Assembly (NCBI GenBank): GCA_964527555.1
Contig: CAZGOG010000005.1
Coordinates: forward strand, 5,863-69,862
Direction of reading: 5' to 3'
DNA from: an uncultured Planctomycetia bacterium
Lineage (GTDB): Bacteria; Omnitrophota; Gorgyraeia; Tantalellales; Tantalellaceae
DNA: 64,000 bases
Shown here piece by piece: positions 59,257-64,000 of the stretch. Numbering within the stretch: the first letter of the stretch is position 1; every line of letters begins with the position of its first letter. The position numbers and the translations under genes were made by a program. The notes under the pieces were generated by a model. It was not told the DNA's origin, ran no database searches, and worked only from the letters and a program-made list of their open reading frames with translations.

Positions 59257-60969
59257 GTGGAGGAGGAGGCAATGTTTAGGGCGCGCCAATATTTGGTATT
59301 TTTCTTCTTGGTATCACTTCTTTCGGCCCTGTTTACAAGACTGTTTTACCTGCAGGTCTTGAGCTACGATAGGTTCTCGGAGATGGCCGCTCTTCAGCAT
59401 ACGAGTGTCCTCAAGGTGGAACCCCGTCGCGGCACCATATTTGACAGGTACATGGAACCTCTGGCCATAAACCTGGATGCCCCGAGTATATATTGTGACC
59501 CCCGCAGTATCACGGATAAGGAACACCTCTCTCGTGTGCTTTCGCAAATCCTTGAGGTAGACCAGCCGGCTCTTTCAGCGAAGCTTTCAAGGGACAAAGC
59601 CTTTGTATGGGTCCAGCGCAAGGTCGACAAGCGCCTGGCAAAAACTATAGAGCAAGAGTCTCTGGAAGGCGTGCACTTTATTCCTGAAAGCGAAAGGAAC
59701 TATTCGAATGATAACATGGCTTCGCATGTTTTGGGATTTGCGGGGATGGATAACGAAGGATTAGAAGGGCTTGAGCTTCTCTTTGATGAAAAACTTAAAG
59801 GCGAAGCCGGATGGCGGCACCTTATAAAAGATGCCAGGAGAAAGACGGTTCTATTTAACGAAAGAGAATCAATCCCGCCGAAGAACGGGTATAACCTGGT
59901 GTTAACTATTGACAGCATAATACAATACATAGTCGAAGAGGAACTTGAAGCTATGGCGCAGAAGTTTCATGCTTCCAGCGCATCGGTCGTAGTAATGGAT
60001 CCTTTCTCCGGTGAGATCCTGGCGATGGCTAACTGGCCGAATTACGATCTTAATGCTTTTTCGGAGACCCCGAGGTATCTTATGAAAAATAGCGCCGTAG
60101 CCAGTATATATGAACCGGGAAGCGTCTTTAAAATAGTCACAGCCAGCGCAGCTTTGAACGAGAAGAGGATCAGCCCCACTGATAGGATTTACTGCGAGAA
60201 CGGCGAGTATAAAGTCGGCGGCCGTATCTTGCACGATTTTCATAGATACGGGGATCTTTCTTTTAGCGAGGTGATATCGAAGTCCAGTAATATCGGTACG
60301 GTCAAAGTGGCCGAGAAACTCGGGAAAGATAAAGTATACGAATATATAAAGAAATTCGGGTTTGGCGAAAAGACAGAAATAGATCTTCCCGGAGAGGTCG
60401 CAGGCATAAGCCGTCCGCCGTCGGTGTGGTCCAAGAGCGATATAACTACCATACCCATAGGCCAAGGGATAGCCGTTACGCCCCTGCAGCTGGCATGTGC
60501 GATAAGTACCATAGCTAACGGCGGATATCTCATGAAACCTTATATCGTGGACAGGATAACGACATGGGAGGGGGGAGTATACAAAAAGTTCGAACCGGAG
60601 ACAAAACGGAGGGTCTTAAGTGAAGAAGCTTCCAGGGAGATGCAAGATATCCTGCACGAAGTGGTAACCAGTGGCACCGGCAAACGTGCCGCGTCCAAGC
60701 TTTACGATGTGTGCGGTAAGACGGGCACCGCTCAGATGGTGAACCCCGCCGGGGGTTATTATCCCGACAAATATTATGCGACGTTTATCGGGTTTGCGCC
60801 TAAGGATTTTCCCCGCATAAGTATCGTTGTTACGGCTGGTGATCCGCATCCCAATCACTTCGGCGGAACTGTTGCAGGCCCCGCTTTTAAGAATATAGCG
60901 GAACGCACCCTAAAGTATTTGGATTCTAATAAAACGGTTCTGGTATATAAAACCGAAGAATGCACATGA
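59257..60969 (+). CDS. ftsI: Peptidoglycan D,D-transpeptidase FtsI (PBP3)
   Basis: 'SVFK', 'SSN' and 'KTGT' motifs. Confidence 0.85.
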   Translation: MEEEAMFRARQYLVFFFLVSLLSALFTRLFYLQVLSYDRFSEMAALQHTSVLKVEPRRGTIFDRYMEPLAINLDAPSIYCDPRSITDKEHLSRVLSQILEVDQPALSAKLSRDKAFVWVQRKVDKRLAKTIEQESLEGVHFIPESERNYSNDNMASHVLGFAGMDNEGLEGLELLFDEKLKGEAGWRHLIKDARRKTVLFNERESIPPKNGYNLVLTIDSIIQYIVEEELEAMAQKFHASSASVVVMDPFSGEILAMANWPNYDLNAFSETPRYLMKNSAVASIYEPGSVFKIVTASAALNEKRISPTDRIYCENGEYKVGGRILHDFHRYGDLSFSEVISKSSNIGTVKVAEKLGKDKVYEYIKKFGFGEKTEIDLPGEVAGISRPPSVWSKSDITTIPIGQGIAVTPLQLACAISTIANGGYLMKPYIVDRITTWEGGVYKKFEPETKRRVLSEEASREMQDILHEVVTSGTGKRAASKLYDVCGKTGTAQMVNPAGGYYPDKYYATFIGFAPKDFPRISIVVTAGDPHPNHFGGTVAGPAFKNIAERTLKYLDSNKTVLVYKTEECT

Positions 60970-60982
60970 TCTAAGAGAAGAC

Positions 60983-62437
60983 ATGGATAAAGCCCTTAAA
61001 ACCATACTCGGAGGAATATCTTTAACTAAAGATAATATCAAAGTGGACTCCCGGCGCGTAAAAGCCGGAGATATCTTTTTTGCCATTAAAGGCACCGTTT
61101 ACGATGGCCATGATTATGTCAAAGAGGTTCTTGAAAAGGGGGCTTCCCGCGTATTGTGTGAACGCGCCTGTCCGGATCTGGCTAAAGAAGCCCGCAAGAA
61201 AGTCATAATAGTCAAGGACAGCCGGGAGGCTCTTGCGGATGCGGCACGCCACCTCTTTAATGATCCTGCCAAGAACCTTTCCGTTTACGGTGTTACCGGA
61301 ACAAACGGAAAGACGACCACGGTATTTCTTATTGATAGCATCTTGAATCATGCTTCGAGATCAAGCGGCTTGGTAAGCACGGTCTTTACAAAAAGCTCGG
61401 GGGATGAACTTAAGCGTTCCTCTATGACCACGCCCGATGCGATCAGCCTTAACCGTCTTCTGCGAGAGATGGTCACATGCGGCAAAAAAGCGGCGGTTAT
61501 CGAAATTTCAAGCCACGCACTCAGCCAAAAAAGGGTCTGGTCCATAGCGCTTGACAGCGCCGTATTTACCAATATAACGCCGGAACACCTGGATTATCAT
61601 AAGGATATGGAAGCGTACCTGCGTGATAAATCAAAGATCTTCCGGAATTTAAAAAGCGGCGGCGTAGCTGCGCTTAACGTGGATGATCCTATGGTAATAG
61701 GGCTGGCGCACTCTATGGATTTCTCGCACCTTGTTACTTTCGGGATGGAAAGCAGCGCCGATGTCCGGGCAAAGGACGTAGAACTCTCAGCCGGGGGGAC
61801 AAGTTTTGAGCTTAGCATGAAAGGCCTCGGTTCCGCGCGTGTGGATTCTCCCTTGATCGGTATGCATAACGTCTATAATATGCTGGCTGCATCGGCTGCG
61901 CTTTTAAAGAGCGGACTTGGTTTAGCCGAGATAAAAGAAGGTCTGGAGAAAGCGCCTCTGGTTAAAGGGCGCCTTGAGGCTGTCGGTGAAGACGCGCCTT
62001 TTGGGGTTTTCGTAGATTATGCGCATACGCCGAACGCGCTGGAAAATGTTCTTAAGTGCCTGAAGCCCCTCGCAAAAGGACGGCTTATCTGCGTCTTCGG
62101 ATGCGGCGGGGACCGTGACAAGACAAAGAGGCCCCTTATGGGCAAAATAGCTGCCCAGATCTCTGATAGTGTGATAATAACAAGCGATAATCCCAGGACA
62201 GAGAACTCTATGGATATCCTTAAGGATATCGAAAAGGGGGTGCTTAATAAAAACAACTATAGTATAATAGACAAGCGCCAGGATGCCATCCAGAAGGCTT
62301 TACGGGAGGCCGAGTCCGGTGACATCGTGATTATTGCCGGCAAAGGTCACGAGGATTACCAGATCATAGGCAGAGAAGTCATACATTTCGATGACAAAGA
62401 AGTAGCATCACAGGTTCTTAAAAGTTTAGGGTATTAA
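60983..62437 (+). CDS. murE: UDP-MurNAc-L-Ala-D-Glu:meso-DAP ligase
   Basis: 'GVTGTNGKTTT' motif; position in the dcw cluster. Confidence 0.9.
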   Translation: MDKALKTILGGISLTKDNIKVDSRRVKAGDIFFAIKGTVYDGHDYVKEVLEKGASRVLCERACPDLAKEARKKVIIVKDSREALADAARHLFNDPAKNLSVYGVTGTNGKTTTVFLIDSILNHASRSSGLVSTVFTKSSGDELKRSSMTTPDAISLNRLLREMVTCGKKAAVIEISSHALSQKRVWSIALDSAVFTNITPEHLDYHKDMEAYLRDKSKIFRNLKSGGVAALNVDDPMVIGLAHSMDFSHLVTFGMESSADVRAKDVELSAGGTSFELSMKGLGSARVDSPLIGMHNVYNMLAASAALLKSGLGLAEIKEGLEKAPLVKGRLEAVGEDAPFGVFVDYAHTPNALENVLKCLKPLAKGRLICVFGCGGDRDKTKRPLMGKIAAQISDSVIITSDNPRTENSMDILKDIEKGVLNKNNYSIIDKRQDAIQKALREAESGDIVIIAGKGHEDYQIIGREVIHFDDKEVASQVLKSLGY

Positions 62438-62444
62438 TATTACG

Positions 62445-63818
62445 ATGTTAAAATTCACTCAGGAAGAAATCGCGGAAATCACCGGAGGGAAACTCCTCTC
62501 GGATAAAAACGGAATAGAGATTAGAAATTTTTCGATTGATTCCCGCACGGTTAAAGATAAAGATTTTTTTATTGCTGTTAAAGGCAGTAACTTTGACGGA
62601 CACGATTTTGTGCTGGATGCGATAAAAAAAGGCGCATCGGGCCTCATGGTCGAGCGTTTTACCTGGGAGCATCTGCCGCAGGGAGTAGACTGCGTCATTA
62701 TCGTGGATGACGCGCGGCGTGCCATGGGGCGGATAGCGGGCGAGATAAGAAAACGCTCAAGTGCCAAAATCGTAGCCATTACAGGCACCAACGGCAAGAC
62801 TACGGTCAAGGACATACTGTCGTATATTCTTTCTTTCGGGTACAAGGTCCTTAGAAGCAAAAAATCGTACAATAATATCATAGGTCTCAGCCTTACACTG
62901 TTCGACCTTGAAGAAGAAGACGATATAGCGGTGCTGGAGCTTGGGACTAATCATCCCGGGGAGATTGCAGCTTTGGCGAAGATAGCAAATCCCGACATTG
63001 CGCTGATAACCAATATAGGTTCCGGACACCTGGAACACTTTGGCTCGAGAGAAGGCGTTCTCACTGAAAAGGTGAGTCTTCTTGACTTTTTACCGGAAGG
63101 GGGACTGGCCTTATTGAACAGGGACGATAGTCTCCTTGCCGCTACGGGCGGACGAAGCGGGACGGGTAAGTTCTACGGGACCCATCCGGGCTGCGATTTC
63201 AGGATCAGCAGTATCATGAAAAAAGAGCGGGGATATGAGTTTTTGTTCAACGGGGAGAGATTCTTCCTTCCGTTGGAAGGCATCCATAACGTTTATAACG
63301 CATCTAGTGCCTTGGCGGTGGCCATGTGTCTGGGCATGGAGACGGGCATTATGAGGGAAGCATTACGGGGGGTAACGCTGCCTGAAATGCGTCTTGAGAG
63401 GATAAACATGAACGGCATTACCTTCATCAACGATTCATATAACGCAAACCCCGATTCTTTTGAATGTGCGCTTGAGGTCTTGAAAGAGACGATCAGCCCC
63501 CGAAGGGGTGTAATAGCCGGAGAGATGATGGAGCTGGGGGGCGCGACTGATGAATTACACAGAACAGTCGGAAGAAGCATAGCCGTAAAAGGCATTGATT
63601 TTGTTATCTCTCTGGGAGAGATGTCGAGAGGCATCTTGCGCGGAGCGCTTGAGTACGGAATGGATGAGAGAAACACCTACTTTGCTAAAGATCATGAAGA
63701 TGCCGCCAGGATGCTCCAGCGTTTAGCGGGGGCAAAAGCGGCAGTTTTATTAAAAGGCTCCCGCAAGACAAAAATGGAGGAAGTGCTTAAGTGTTTTACC
63801 ACTTGTTGTACCCATTAA
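62445..63818 (+). CDS. murF: UDP-MurNAc-tripeptide:D-Ala-D-Ala ligase
   Basis: 'ITGTNGKTTVKD' motif; follows murE. Confidence 0.85.
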   Translation: MLKFTQEEIAEITGGKLLSDKNGIEIRNFSIDSRTVKDKDFFIAVKGSNFDGHDFVLDAIKKGASGLMVERFTWEHLPQGVDCVIIVDDARRAMGRIAGEIRKRSSAKIVAITGTNGKTTVKDILSYILSFGYKVLRSKKSYNNIIGLSLTLFDLEEEDDIAVLELGTNHPGEIAALAKIANPDIALITNIGSGHLEHFGSREGVLTEKVSLLDFLPEGGLALLNRDDSLLAATGGRSGTGKFYGTHPGCDFRISSIMKKERGYEFLFNGERFFLPLEGIHNVYNASSALAVAMCLGMETGIMREALRGVTLPEMRLERINMNGITFINDSYNANPDSFECALEVLKETISPRRGVIAGEMMELGGATDELHRTVGRSIAVKGIDFVISLGEMSRGILRGALEYGMDERNTYFAKDHEDAARMLQRLAGAKAAVLLKGSRKTKMEEVLKCFTTCCTH

Positions 63819-64000
63819 AAGAATTCTGGTTCGCCTTCAATGTTTTCCGGTATATAACATTCCGTGCCAGCATGGCTGCGGTCACGTCGTTTCTCGTGTG
63901 TATAGTGTTCGGACCTGCCATCATAAGGTGGCTTAAGGAACTTAACATAGGCCAGTATGTACGCAAGGAACACGTGGAGAGCATATACGATCTCCACAAA
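63803..64000 (+). CDS. mraY: Phospho-MurNAc-pentapeptide transferase, N-terminal part (truncated at the window end)
   Basis: 'LYPLKEFWFAFNVFRYITFRA' is the canonical MraY N-terminus. TTG start overlapping the murF stop. Confidence 0.8.
   Translation, partial: MLYPLKEFWFAFNVFRYITFRASMAAVTSFLVCIVFGPAIIRWLKELNIGQYVRKEHVESIYDLHK

Overview
This is a 64 kb bacterial chromosomal window of about 47% GC, almost entirely coding on the + strand. It looks Gram-negative: it carries lpxA, a beta-barrel outer-membrane protein and lipobox lipoproteins. It is probably from an uncultured or candidate-phylum lineage, given the many Lys-rich protein tails.

The content is core housekeeping. The window starts with the 3' end of hisS, then aspS, the conserved phoH-pgpH(yqfF)-ybeY-dgkA operon, recO, glyQS, ppdK, a sigma-70 factor and tRNA-Arg(CCT). 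After that come signalling and envelope genes (PilZ, two REC-only response regulators, U32 peptidase, lpxA, two M48 peptidases). A sulfur amino-acid cluster follows: Rrf2 regulator, metY, cysK, metX, metW. Next are RNA-turnover genes (PIN-PhoH, YhaM) and ribosome-rescue genes (arfB plus Smr), an NSS transporter, and finally the dcw cluster mraZ...rsmH-ftsL-ftsI-murE-murF-mraY, which runs off the 3' edge. No transposase, integrase or CRISPR array is present.

The most interesting signals are not protein genes. (1) A ~125-nt repeat with three hairpins occurs four times in intergenic DNA. Three copies are ~97% identical and each ends 12-40 nt before a start codon in the same orientation; one lies between mraZ and rsmH. 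(2) A second conserved block of ~175 nt sits immediately upstream of two unrelated RNA-degradation genes, PIN-PhoH and YhaM. Its first 80 nt are ~94% identical between the two copies, which suggests a shared cis-regulatory leader RNA.

Unusual protein architectures include a ParA/MinD-type ATPase fused to a CBM48 glycogen-binding domain next to a GH130 phosphorylase, a DgkA-PAP2 fusion, a UvrD helicase with a C-terminal Cas4/AddB-like Fe-S nuclease, and a tandem pair of paralogous small genes each with its own near-consensus sigma-70 promoter.
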